Assembly: GCA_963697275.1 (NCBI GenBank)
Contig: CAVONF010000006.1
Location: 20,802-84,801, forward strand
DNA length: 64,000 nt
Origin: an uncultured Chloroflexia bacterium
Lineage (GTDB): Bacteria > Chloroflexota > Limnocylindria > Limnocylindrales > CSP1-4
Direction of reading: 5' to 3'
Positions 35,118 through 44,165 of this stretch are shown here, piece by piece; the stretch's first letter is position 1; each line of letters starts with the position of its first letter. A model generated the notes under the pieces. It did no database searches. It was not told where the DNA came from and saw nothing but the letters and a program-made list of their open reading frames with translations. The position numbers were made by a program, and so were the translations under genes.

Positions 35118-36330
35118 TCAGTCCGGTTTGTCTCCCTCGGTTGCCTCGAGCTCAGGCTCGGCTTCGGGCTCCGGTTCGGGCTCGACCACCGGCGTGGGTT
35201 CGGCCTGCCACACAGCCGCCTCAGCCACTGGCTCGGGTTCCGGCTCCGGCTCGGGCTCCGGCTCCGGCTCGGCGCTCCGGCTCGGGCTCCGGCTCCGGCT
35301 CCGGCTCGGGCTCCGGCTCGGGCTCCGGCTCCGGCTCGGGCTCCGGCTCAGTCGCAGGCGCGACGTCCGTGGCCGGCCACGAGACAGCTTCCGGCTCCGG
35401 CTCAGCCACCGGCTCCGGCTCCGGCTCAGGCCGCCGGCTCGCCGGCTCCGGCTCAGCCGCCGGCTCCCGCTCGGGCTCAGCCACCGGCTCAGACTCGACC
35501 ACGAGGGCAGGCGCTGGCGTGGCCTCCACGACGGGCTCGAACTGGGGCTCCGGCTCCGCGGTGATCGGCTCGGGCGCCTCTGCGGGCTGGGGTTCGGCCG
35601 CGATCGCCGCTGCAGACCCGGCTGCCCCGGCCGCGCCAGCCACCACGGCAGCACTCGGCGGGGGCTCGAGATCACCCTCCGCCACCTTCTCCGCGGCTTC
35701 GCGGATCTTGCCATCCGCGCGCATCGAGGCCTCGTTGGTGCCGCCCTTGACGATGAAGCCGTCCGGCAGTGCCTGCAACGGCGCACCGGCGCGGATGGCC
35801 TCCTTGGCATCGAGGACGGCCTTCTTGAACTGCAGACCGTCCACCAACTGGTCGTACGTCGGATTGGCGGTGTCCGACGCGGTGAACAGCGTCAGGTCGG
35901 CGTAGCCCAGGGTGCGCCCCAGGAACGACTGGTTCATGCCGATGTCGTTGATCTGCTCGAGCGAGGCGTCGAAGCTGCTCTTGCGCAGCACACCCTGCAG
36001 GAACATCGCGCGCCGGCTGGTCAGGATGTAGCGCCGGCTCCACCAGCGCACCAGGTCGATGGGTAGCCAGACGACGGCCACGACGATCATGATGATGACG
36101 ATCCAGCCGACGAGCTGGTTGATGATGTCGAGGAGGCCCTCGTCGTTGAAGTCGAGCCAGTTGTTGAGCAGCCAGAGCAGGACCGCGGCACCGAGTAGCA
36201 GGATCGGCCGCAGCACGAAGCGCACGGCCGCGATCCAGTGCTGTCGCGTCTCGATCAGGACAACCTCGCCGCTGGAGAGGAGCCCCTTGACATAGGTCTC
36301 GACCACGGTGCCAACCATCCTTCCGGTCAT
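35118..36330 (-). CDS. bacterial PH-domain (YdbT/bPH_2-like) membrane protein with long Glu/Pro-rich tail; frame break inside the repeat near 35275
   Basis: - N-terminus: [37 protein letters not shown]...[35 protein letters not shown]...LGYADLTLF.
- The C-terminal third is low complexity: (EP)n and AEPEP.
- The last 40 aa continue in ORF 35118..35810. Confidence 0.7.
35229..35348. repeat. hexanucleotide microsatellite (GGCTCS)n encoding (EP)n on the minus strand
   Basis: About 20 consecutive GGCTCC/GGCTCG units are visible. One irregular unit (cggctcggcgctccgg) coincides with the frame break. Confidence 0.85.
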
Positions 36331-36482
36331 CGTCGTTGTGTAGAGCCGTAGTGTCCCACACCGGAAGGCCCGGCTGTCGCGTCCTATACTCCGAACGCCG
36401 AGCGACGCGCACTACCCAACCGAGGCCCAGATGACCACGTCAGCCATCACCCCCAGCCACCCGCACTCGCCTGTCGCAGCGT

Positions 36483-37621
36483 GTGAACGACGTGCCGCCC
36501 TCGGGCATCCGCAAGTTCTTCGACGTCCTCAACTCCATGCCCGACGTCATCAGCCTGGGCGTGGGCGAGCCGGACTTCGATACGCCTGCCGTCATCGTCG
36601 AGGCCGGCGTCAAGGCCCTGCGCGAGGGCCGGACCCACTACACCAGCAACTACGGGACCATCGAGCTGCGTCGGGCGCTGGCCGTCCACCTGCAGCGCCT
36701 CTACGGCGTCAGCTATGACCCGGAGCGCGAGATCGATCATCACCGTCGGTGCCTCGGAGGGCCTGGCGGCGAGCCTGGCTGCCGTGGTCGACCCCGGCGA
36801 CGAGGTCGTGTTGGCGGAACCCACCTACGTGGCCTACGTGCCGGATGTCGTCTTCGCTGGCGGCACTCCCGTCTTCGTACCCTGCCACCCGGAGGACGGC
36901 TGGCAGCTGGACCCGGATGCCGTGGAGGCCGCCATCACCCCCCGCACGCGGGCACTCTTCATCGGCTTCCCCAACAACCCCACCGGGGCGGTGCTCGATC
37001 CCGAGCGCCTGCGCGCCCTGGCCGCCATCGCCGAGCGCCACGACCTGCTGGTCATCAGCGACGAGATCTACGACCGGCTCGTCTACGGCGGCCACCGGCA
37101 CGAGGCCTTCAGCGCCATGCCCGGCATGCGCGACCGGACCATCCTGCTGGGCGGCTTCTCCAAGGCCTACGCCATGACCGGCTGGCGTATCGGCTATCGT
37201 CTGCGCCCCCGCGGACCTCATCGAGGGCATCGTGAAGGTGCACCAGTACATCATCATGTCCGCGCCCACGGTGGCGCAGGATGCTGCGCTGGTGGGACTG
37301 GCCGAAGCAGAGGCTGACGTGCAGCGCATGGTCGCGGAGTACGACCGCCGCCGGCGCATGTTCGTGCCCGGCCTGGAACGCATCGGCCTCCCGACCGCCG
37401 AGCCCCGCGGTGCCTTCTACGCCTTCCCGCGCGTCGCGAACTCGGGCCTGTCCAGCGACGAGTTCTGCGAGCGCCTGCTGTACGAGCAGCAGGTCGCGGT
37501 CATCCCCGGAAGCGCCTTCGGCCCCGGCGGCGAGGGCTACGTGCGGGCCTCGCTGGCGACCTCCTACGAGAAGCTGGAGGAGGCGCTCGTGCGCATCGAG
37601 CGCTTCCTGGCCACGCTGTGA
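36483..37621 (+). CDS. class I/II pyridoxal-phosphate aminotransferase (AspC-like); frame breaks near 36735 and 37198
   Basis: - First frame: PPSGIRKFFDVLNSMPDVISLGVGEPDFDTP.
- Second frame: IITVGASEGLAASL...FPNNPTGAVL...ISDEIYDRLVYGG...LLGGFSKAYAMTGWRIGY (PLP lysine motif SKAY).
- Third frame: HQYIIMSAPTVAQDAAL...GAFYAFP. Confidence 0.88.
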
Positions 37622-37683
37622 CCCCCGGCCACGCTGTGACCCCCGGCACTGGCCCGCTCCGTGACGAAGGCTGCCGCGACCCG

Positions 37684-39456
37684 ATGACCCTGGCCGCCCC
37701 GGCCGACGTCGGCTACGAGGCCGTCATCGGCATCGAGATCCACGTCCAGCTGCGCACGGCCTCCAAGATGTTCTGCAGCTGCTCCAACGATCTCGTCGAG
37801 GCGACCCCCAACTCGCGCACCTGTCCGGTGTGCCTGGGCATGCCCGGCGCGCTGCCGGTCATCAACCGCGAGGCCGTCTGCCACGTGCTCGCCACCGGCC
37901 TGGCCATCGAGGCGCGCATCCCCGAGGTCACGCGCTGGGACCGCAAGAACTACTTCTACCCGGACCTGCCCAAGGGCTACCAGATCAGCCAGTACGAGCT
38001 GCCCCTGGCGTCGGCCGGCCGACTGGCCGTGGAGACATCCCACGGCACCGTCGAGGTCGGCATCACGCGCGCACACCTCGAGGAGGACACCGCGCGCCTC
38101 ATCCACACCCGCATCGATGGCCGGCCGGTCAGCCTGCTCGACTACGACCGCTCCGGCGCGCCGCTCATGGAGATCGTCACCGAGCCGGTCATCCACGATG
38201 CCGAGACGGCCCGTCGCTATGCCGAGGAGCTGCGCCTGCTGCTGGTCACCATCGGGGCCTCGGACGCGGCCATGGAGAGCGGCCAGATGCGCGTGGAGGC
38301 CAACGTCTCGCTGCGACCCGTCGGCACGGAGGCCTTCGGGACCCGCGTCGAGGTCAAGAACATGAACTCGTTCCGCTCGGTCGAACGGGCCATCGACTTC
38401 GAGATCGAGCGCCAGGCCGCCGCCCTGCGTGCCGGCGAGCCGCTCACCCAGGAGACGCGCGGCTGGGACGATGACCGCGGCCTGACGTACCACATGCGCA
38501 CCAAGGAGACCTCGGAGGACTACCGCTACTTCCCCGACCCCGACCTGCCGCCGCTGCGCCTGGACCCCGCCTGGCTGGCCAAGATCCGCGACGCGCTGCC
38601 GGAGCTGCCCGCGGCCCGGCGGTCCCGCTACCGCGATGAGCTGGGCCTCTCCGCGTACGACGCGGGCGTGCTGGTCGCCGATGCGGCGGCCACGGGCCTC
38701 TTCGAGGCGGCGCGCGCGGCGGACCCGGCACTCCCCGCCAAGAGGCTGGCCAACTGGGTGACCGGCGAGTACCTCCGCCTGGCCAAGGGGGAGAGCGGCG
38801 CTGCCGCCGTGGAGCGCGTCAGCGGCGAGCAGCTGGCGGCCCTCGTGCGGCTGGTCGAGGATGGCGCAATCTCCGGCACCAACGCCAAGGAGGTCTTCGT
38901 GCGTCACGCGGCGACGGGCCGCCCGGTGGCGGACATCGTGGCCGAGGCCGGCCTCCGCCAGATCAGCGATGAGGGCGCGCTGCAGGCCGCCGTGGATGAG
39001 GTCATCGTGGCGAACCCGGCGGCCGTGGCCGATGTCCGCGCCGGCGCCGACAAGGCCATCGGCTTCCTCGTCGGCCAGGTCATGCGGAAGACGCGCGGCC
39101 AGGCCAACGCTGCGGTCGTGCAGGAGCTGCTGCGCGCTGCGCTCGAGCGCACGCGCGAGCGAGGCGGACTAGCGATGGAGCTCGTGGGCCTCGCGCTCAT
39201 CATCGGCGGCCTGGCCGCCATCGCCCTCGGCGCGCTGCGCATCCGTGGGCCCTTGGCGACCATCCGCCACCTCGATGCGACCGAAGCCAACCTGGCGCGC
39301 TACGAGACCTGGCGCGGCAAGCGCACCGGGGTGGAGGTGGATGGCCCCACCGGCGCCGACACGATGCGAGCGCTGATGCGCCAACGCGCCATCCTCTGGG
39401 GCGGCCTCATCGGGGCCGGCGTGATCGCCATCGTGGTGGGCCTGCTCGTCCGGTAG
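37684..39456 (+). CDS. gatB: Asp/Glu-tRNA amidotransferase subunit B, read through into a ~94-codon two-TM extension
   Basis: - The ATG at 37684 opens MTLAAPADVGYEAVIGIEIHVQLRTASKMFCSC...CPVCLGMPGALPV...YDRSGAPLMEIVTEP.
- The normal GatB end (GQVMRKTRGQANAAVVQELL) is at about 39130.
- The frame then stays open through MELVGLALIIGGLAAIALGAL...LIGAGVIAIVVGLLVR.
- That segment could instead be a separate small gene, 39175..39456. Confidence 0.88.
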   Translation: MTLAAPADVGYEAVIGIEIHVQLRTASKMFCSCSNDLVEATPNSRTCPVCLGMPGALPVINREAVCHVLATGLAIEARIPEVTRWDRKNYFYPDLPKGYQISQYELPLASAGRLAVETSHGTVEVGITRAHLEEDTARLIHTRIDGRPVSLLDYDRSGAPLMEIVTEPVIHDAETARRYAEELRLLLVTIGASDAAMESGQMRVEANVSLRPVGTEAFGTRVEVKNMNSFRSVERAIDFEIERQAAALRAGEPLTQETRGWDDDRGLTYHMRTKETSEDYRYFPDPDLPPLRLDPAWLAKIRDALPELPAARRSRYRDELGLSAYDAGVLVADAAATGLFEAARAADPALPAKRLANWVTGEYLRLAKGESGAAAVERVSGEQLAALVRLVEDGAISGTNAKEVFVRHAATGRPVADIVAEAGLRQISDEGALQAAVDEVIVANPAAVADVRAGADKAIGFLVGQVMRKTRGQANAAVVQELLRAALERTRERGGLAMELVGLALIIGGLAAIALGALRIRGPLATIRHLDATEANLARYETWRGKRTGVEVDGPTGADTMRALMRQRAILWGGLIGAGVIAIVVGLLVR

Positions 39457-39484
39457 CGTCGCCGACGTCCGCGGCGCGCGGGCC

Positions 39485-39688
39485 TTCCCGTCACCTATGC
39501 ACCAGCGGACTACTGGACCGAAGGACGGCGGTCCGGCGCTGCCAGCTGACCGACGGCAGCGCCTGGTGGAGCTCAGCACGAGCGTGGGAGGACCTCCCGG
39601 GCACGGTCGCTCGAGACCCCGGACGCCCGGCGGAGAGGGCGGTGTCCGTCTACCAGTCCCCCGGGGACTGAACGACAGGAACGACCAG
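39485..39688 (+). repeat. copy 2 of the ~200-nt structured repeat element (candidate ncRNA)
   Basis: See 7037-7238. This copy lies in the gap between convergent genes: 29 nt after the gatB-frame stop and 54 nt from the stop of the minus-strand BMP gene. Confidence 0.55.
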
Positions 39689-39741
39689 GGCTCCAGTCGC
39701 CCATCCGCCCTCCCACAGCGGCTCTCGTTACGCGGCCCCCT

Positions 39742-40976
39742 TTACGGTGCCGGTGACTCCTCCGCGGCGTCCGCGCCCGCGTCGGTGCCCCCGGTGCCCC
39801 CCTCGCCCGCGGGCTCGTCAGGCGTCGCCGCCCCATCCGGGGCATCCAGGCCGAGCGGCGCTCCGCAATCGGCCGAGCACGTCTCCACCTGGCCCGTGAG
39901 GATGGCCTGTCTCGGCCTGCTCGTAGCGCTCGGCCAGGTCCACGGGGAGGCCGGGCAGCCGCGTCCATTCGTCAGTGACCCCGACGTGACCGTCGGCACA
40001 GTCCCAGCCGCCATTCCGGTGCGAGCGTCTGGTTGGCGAACTGGAAGATCGACTCGCGTACGGCGTACTCGAAATCCTTGGTGATGCTGGCAAGGATGCA
40101 TTCGGCGAGCTCCGGGTAGGTGGTGGAGACGTCGACGTCCGTCCCCACCGCGTAGATGCCGGCCTCGCAGGCTGCCTCGATGATGCCCCGCGAGCCACTC
40201 CCGGCCAGCGGCAGGAGCACGTCTGGATCGTAGACATCGATGAAGGCCTTGGCGAACGTCTTGGCCGAGGTCGGGTCATCGAAGGCGACCGCCTCACCCT
40301 CGTCGGCCAGGTAGGCCACCTCGACATCGATGTCCGGCTTGACGCTACGGGCTCCCAGCAGGAACCCCTGGATGTAGCGGTTGCACTCCGCGCAGTCCAG
40401 CATGCCGCTGATGATGCCCAGGCTGTCGTCGCGACTGGCTGCGGCAGCGATCACTCCCGCGAGGTAGGCGGCCTGGTCGACCTCGAAGCCTACCGCCGAG
40501 TAGTTGAATGGGATGGCGTCAAGTCCTCCCTCGCAGGTCCCTGAAGGGTCGGCCCGACCATCGCGGGTGACGCAAGGCAGCGCCTGATCGATGTCCAGGA
40601 AGACCGTGTTGGGGTAGGCGGCTGCGAAGCCGACGGTGCCCTGGCTGTCCCCTCCACTGATGACGACCACGTTGCGGTTCTCCTCGGCCAGGTCGCGAGC
40701 GGCAAGGACGACGTTGGAGGTGGCGGGCAGCGTCACCGACAGGAACCCGGCCTTCTTGCCCTCAGGCCTCCCGCCGATCTCCTCGTGAGCGAACGCAGCG
40801 GCCCTCTCCACGATGGCGTTGATGGCGGGCTCGGTGACGTCGTTGCGGACGAGTCCCGTGGTCACACCCTCGACCTGATTCGGAGGCGGCGTGGCGACCG
40901 GCTCGCCGATCTGCGCGGAGACCGCGCCGCCACCAAGCAGCGCGAACGCTGCGGCCAGGCTGATGACCTTGATCAT
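39742..40976 (-). CDS. BMP-family (PnrA/Med-like) ABC transporter substrate-binding lipoprotein; frame breaks near 40018 and 39903
   Basis: - Signal peptide MIKVISLAAAFALLGGGAVSAQ. An alternative ATG sits at 40991.
- Body: VVVISGGDSQGT...YSAVGFEVDQAAYLAGVIAAAAS...LPLAGSGSRGIIEAACEAGIYAVGTDVD.
- The C-terminus ...GWDCADGHVGVTDEW...AILTGQVET... is recovered from ORFs 39818..40327 and 39742..40101. Confidence 0.8.
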
Positions 40977-41180
40977 GGGTATTCCGCGCATCGGGTCCCT
41001 TCCTCGGCAGGCTCGTCGACGACGCACGCATGGTACGTGCCCTGACGCACAACGCGCTGCAGGACCATCGGCGCAGCGGCAGGAACACCCGCGGAGGCAC
41101 CCATCAGGCCGCCGATACCGCTTCCCGGCGGCCCCTGCCCGCCCTCGACCACCCGATCGGCCCTCGCCCCGCCATCGGCC

Positions 41181-41470
41181 GCCGATGTGCGATGCATCGA
41201 TCATCCAGCCGCGCTACGCCCGGTCAGCCACCTCCGACGAACCCTTCGCACCCCGATGACCGATGTATCGATCATTCCGAGGCCGAAGCCGAGGTCGAGG
41301 GACGCCAGGGCGTCTCTTCGTGCCCCAACCGTGCGATGCATCGATCATCCCGGGCCGCTATGGCCCGTGAACCGCCACCGCGACGAGCTACGAGCCGAAC
41401 ATGGTCGATGTTCGACCACCCCGCCCTGAGGGCCCTCCCCCCCGCCCCGATGTTCGCCCCCGATGCGCAC
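41181..41470. repeat. degenerate ~72-bp tandem array carrying AT-rich palindromic cores (CGATGCATCGATCATCC)
   Basis: - Core copies at 41187-41206 and 41331-41350 are identical: GTGCGATGCATCGATCATCC.
- Variant GACCGATGTATCGATCATTCC at 41258-41278.
- Decayed copies near 41397-41420 and 41447-41470.
- CGATGCATCG is a perfect 10-bp palindrome. Confidence 0.8.
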
Positions 41471-41473
41471 CCC

Positions 41474-41908
41474 CTACCGCAGCGCGCGGTGGTCGATGGC
41501 CGTGCAGCGGTCCATGACCACCTTGAGACCGCCCTCGTGGGCGATGCGGGCCGCCTCCCGGCTGACGACGCCGAGCTGCAGCCAGAGCGTCCCGCAGCCG
41601 GTCGCCACTGCCGATCGAGCGATCTCCGGGGCATGCTCGGGCCGCCGGAAGACGTCCACGATGTCGAAGGGCCCCCCCTCGCTCGCGGCCGCCGCCGCCT
41701 CGAGCGAGGGATGGCAGGTCTGGCCCAGCACGCTGTCAGCGGTCGGGTTCACCGGCACGCACTCGTAGCCCTGCCTCAGCAGGTACGCCATGACCGAGTT
41801 CGACGCCCGCCAGGGGTTCGGCGACGCACCCACGATGGCGATCCGCCGAGCGACGCGCAGCACCTCCCGGGCCTCGGCGGCATCCAGGATCGGGACAGAG
41901 GCGTCCAC
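41474..41908 (-). CDS. CoA-binding domain protein (YccU/YneT-like)
   Basis: The sequence reads RRIAIVGASPNPWRASNSVMAYLLRQGYECVPVNP...FDIVDVFRRPEHAPEIARSAVATGCGTLWLQLGV. Confidence 0.8.
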   Translation of the reverse strand: MDASVPILDAAEAREVLRVARRIAIVGASPNPWRASNSVMAYLLRQGYECVPVNPTADSVLGQTCHPSLEAAAAASEGGPFDIVDVFRRPEHAPEIARSAVATGCGTLWLQLGVVSREAARIAHEGGLKVVMDRCTAIDHRALR

Positions 41909-41932
41909 AGACGGGTGTTCGAGCGTGCGTGC

Positions 41933-43009
41933 CTAGGTGGCACTCTCGCGTTCGTATGGCTTGCCGACGGCGGCCGGAGCCACGCTGCGCCCCACCACCC
42001 CGGCGAGCACGATGATGGTGACGAGGTAAGGCAGGGCGGACCAGAACTGGTCGGGGATGGCCGTCATGATCTCGCCCAGCTGCCCGGTCGGAGGCACGGT
42101 GCGGATGGCGATGTTGAGCGAGGAGGCGGCCGCGAAGAGCAGCGCCGCCCCGAATGAGCCCAGTGGCGTCCAGCGCCCGAAGATGAGCGCGGCCAGGGCG
42201 ATGAAGCCGCGGCCGTTGGTCATGCCCGACTGGAAGGTGGTGCCGAAGTCCAGGGTGAACCAGGCGCCCGCGAGGCCCGCGAAGATGCCGCCCAGGATGA
42301 CGTTGCGGTAGCGCAGCCGGATGACGTCGATGCCCACGGTCTCGGCGGCCTTGGGGTGCTCACCCACCGAACGCGTGCGCAGTCCCCAGCGGGAGCGGAA
42401 GAGCAGGACCTGCAGCACGATCGCCAGGACGATGACCGACATCGTGACCGGGCCCTGGTTGAGGAACATGTTGAAGAGCCAGCCCACGAAGGGCAGGTCG
42501 GTGAGCCACTCGGGCGGGATGAAGGGCGCGAACTTGCCGGCCGAGGGCGGAGCGCTGCGGCTGATGATGATGACGAGATAGCCGGTGATGCCCAGGGCCA
42601 CGATGTTCACGATCGTGCCGCTGATGATCTGGTCGGCCCGCACGGTGATGGAGAGCCAGGCGTGGACCGCGGACACCAGCATGCCCGTGAGGATGGCCAC
42701 CACGAGCCCGACGAGCAGGGCCGGGGTGACGCCGAAGAAGAAGTCGGCCTTGGGCTGCTCGGGGAACCACTGCACGACCATGGAGGCCACGAGCCAGCCG
42801 CTGAAGGCGGCCGCGATCATCATGCCCTCGATGCCGATGTTGACGATGCCGGAGCGCTCGTTCATGAGGCCGCAGAACGATCCCAGGGCGATGGGGGCGG
42901 CCAGGGCCAGGATGACGGCGCCGTTGATCGTCAGCACCCGGATCATGTAGTCGATCAGCTCGAAGAAGAGTCCGGCGACGGGGATATCGAAGAGGAACTG
43001 GAAGTCCAC
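41933..43009 (-). CDS. BMP-type (nucleoside-like) ABC transporter permease
   Basis: 358-aa polytopic ORF with a GTG start. Contains MNERSGIVNIGIEGMMIAAAF, typical of the second permease of this transporter class. Confidence 0.85.
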   Translation of the reverse strand: MDFQFLFDIPVAGLFFELIDYMIRVLTINGAVILALAAPIALGSFCGLMNERSGIVNIGIEGMMIAAAFSGWLVASMVVQWFPEQPKADFFFGVTPALLVGLVVAILTGMLVSAVHAWLSITVRADQIISGTIVNIVALGITGYLVIIISRSAPPSAGKFAPFIPPEWLTDLPFVGWLFNMFLNQGPVTMSVIVLAIVLQVLLFRSRWGLRTRSVGEHPKAAETVGIDVIRLRYRNVILGGIFAGLAGAWFTLDFGTTFQSGMTNGRGFIALAALIFGRWTPLGSFGAALLFAAASSLNIAIRTVPPTGQLGEIMTAIPDQFWSALPYLVTIIVLAGVVGRSVAPAAVGKPYERESAT

Positions 43010-43019
43010 AGCTACGCCC

Positions 43020-44165
43020 TCACGCCTGCGAGGCGGTCGAGCCGCCGTAGCTGCTGGTCACGGTCTTGAGCTCGTCGACCCCGGCGCCGCGAGCCGCCTT
43101 GATGCGGAAGACCCAGCGCACGATGAGGTCCGCGGCGAGGAAGAAGAGGATGACGCCCTGCAGGATGTCGATCATCTGGACGGGCACGCCGGCCTTGATC
43201 TGCATCAGCGGTGCGCCGGCGCGCAGGGCACCCAGCAGCAGGCCGCCGAACAGGATGCCCCAGGGGTTGGCGCGACCCAGGAGCGCCACGGTGATGGCGT
43301 CGCAGCCCACGTTGGTGGCATACGCGGCGGGCAGGTAGTCCTGCACCCCGAGGATCTCGATGGCGCCGGCGAGGCCGGCCAGCAGGCCGCCCGCACTCAG
43401 CGTCAGGATGATGATCATGCGCGGCCGCATGCCCGCGTAGCGTGCAGCGTCCGGGTTGGCACCCACGGTGCGGATCTCGAAGCCGATGGTGGAGCGGTAC
43501 AGGATCCACCACACGATGGGCACGGCAGCGAAGGCGATGAGCACGCCGGCATGCAGCTCGTGGCCGGTGGTCCCGAAGAGCACCGGGATGCCGGCCTCGC
43601 CCACGGAGGGCGTGCGCGCGAAGGTCGCGCCGGCTGCCCGCAGCGGCTCGCTGACCGCCCAGGAGATGATCTGGAGGGCGATGTAGTTGAGCATGATGGT
43701 GACCACCACCTCGTGCGCGCCGGTGTAGGCCTTCAGCCAGCCCGGGATGAAGCCGTAGGCGGCGCCCGCGGCGAGACCGGCCAGGAGCGCCACCGGGATG
43801 GCGATGAACGAGGGCGCATCGGCCAGGACGATGCCGGCTGTCACGGCCCCCAGGGCACCGATGAGGAACTGGCCCTGCGCGCCGATATTGAAGAGGCCGG
43901 CCTTGAAGCAGAGGCCCACTGAGAGGCCGCCCAGGATGTAGGGCGTGGCGCGGACCAGCGTGTCGATGATCCCGTTCACACTCAGCAGGGCACCCTCGAT
44001 GAGCGCCAGGTACGCCTCCGCCCAGAGCCACAGGTCCAGGCTGCCCGTGATGATGGGGCTGGTGACGGTCATGAGCACGGCACCGACGACGAGCGCCAGG
44101 AGGATGGCTCCGCCGGTGATGGCCAGCTGGCCCCGGAAGGAGCGGCTCATGAGCTGGTTGATCAT
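43020..44165 (-). CDS. BMP-type ABC transporter permease
   Basis: The ATG at 44165 opens MINQLMSRSFRGQLAITGGAILLALVVGAVLM..., with GLFNIGAQGQFLIGAL. It forms an ATGA junction with the upstream ATPase if that gene is read in its repaired frame. Confidence 0.85.
   Translation of the reverse strand: MINQLMSRSFRGQLAITGGAILLALVVGAVLMTVTSPIITGSLDLWLWAEAYLALIEGALLSVNGIIDTLVRATPYILGGLSVGLCFKAGLFNIGAQGQFLIGALGAVTAGIVLADAPSFIAIPVALLAGLAAGAAYGFIPGWLKAYTGAHEVVVTIMLNYIALQIISWAVSEPLRAAGATFARTPSVGEAGIPVLFGTTGHELHAGVLIAFAAVPIVWWILYRSTIGFEIRTVGANPDAARYAGMRPRMIIILTLSAGGLLAGLAGAIEILGVQDYLPAAYATNVGCDAITVALLGRANPWGILFGGLLLGALRAGAPLMQIKAGVPVQMIDILQGVILFFLAADLIVRWVFRIKAARGAGVDELKTVTSSYGGSTASQA

Noticed and set aside
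41187-41429. ORF 41187..41429 (MRCIDHP... repeated) spanning the AT-rich palindrome array.
   Set aside because: The apparent repeats in the peptide simply mirror the DNA repeats. The ORF has no RBS, no homology that I can recognise, and an Arg/Pro-rich composition. The array is better treated as non-coding.
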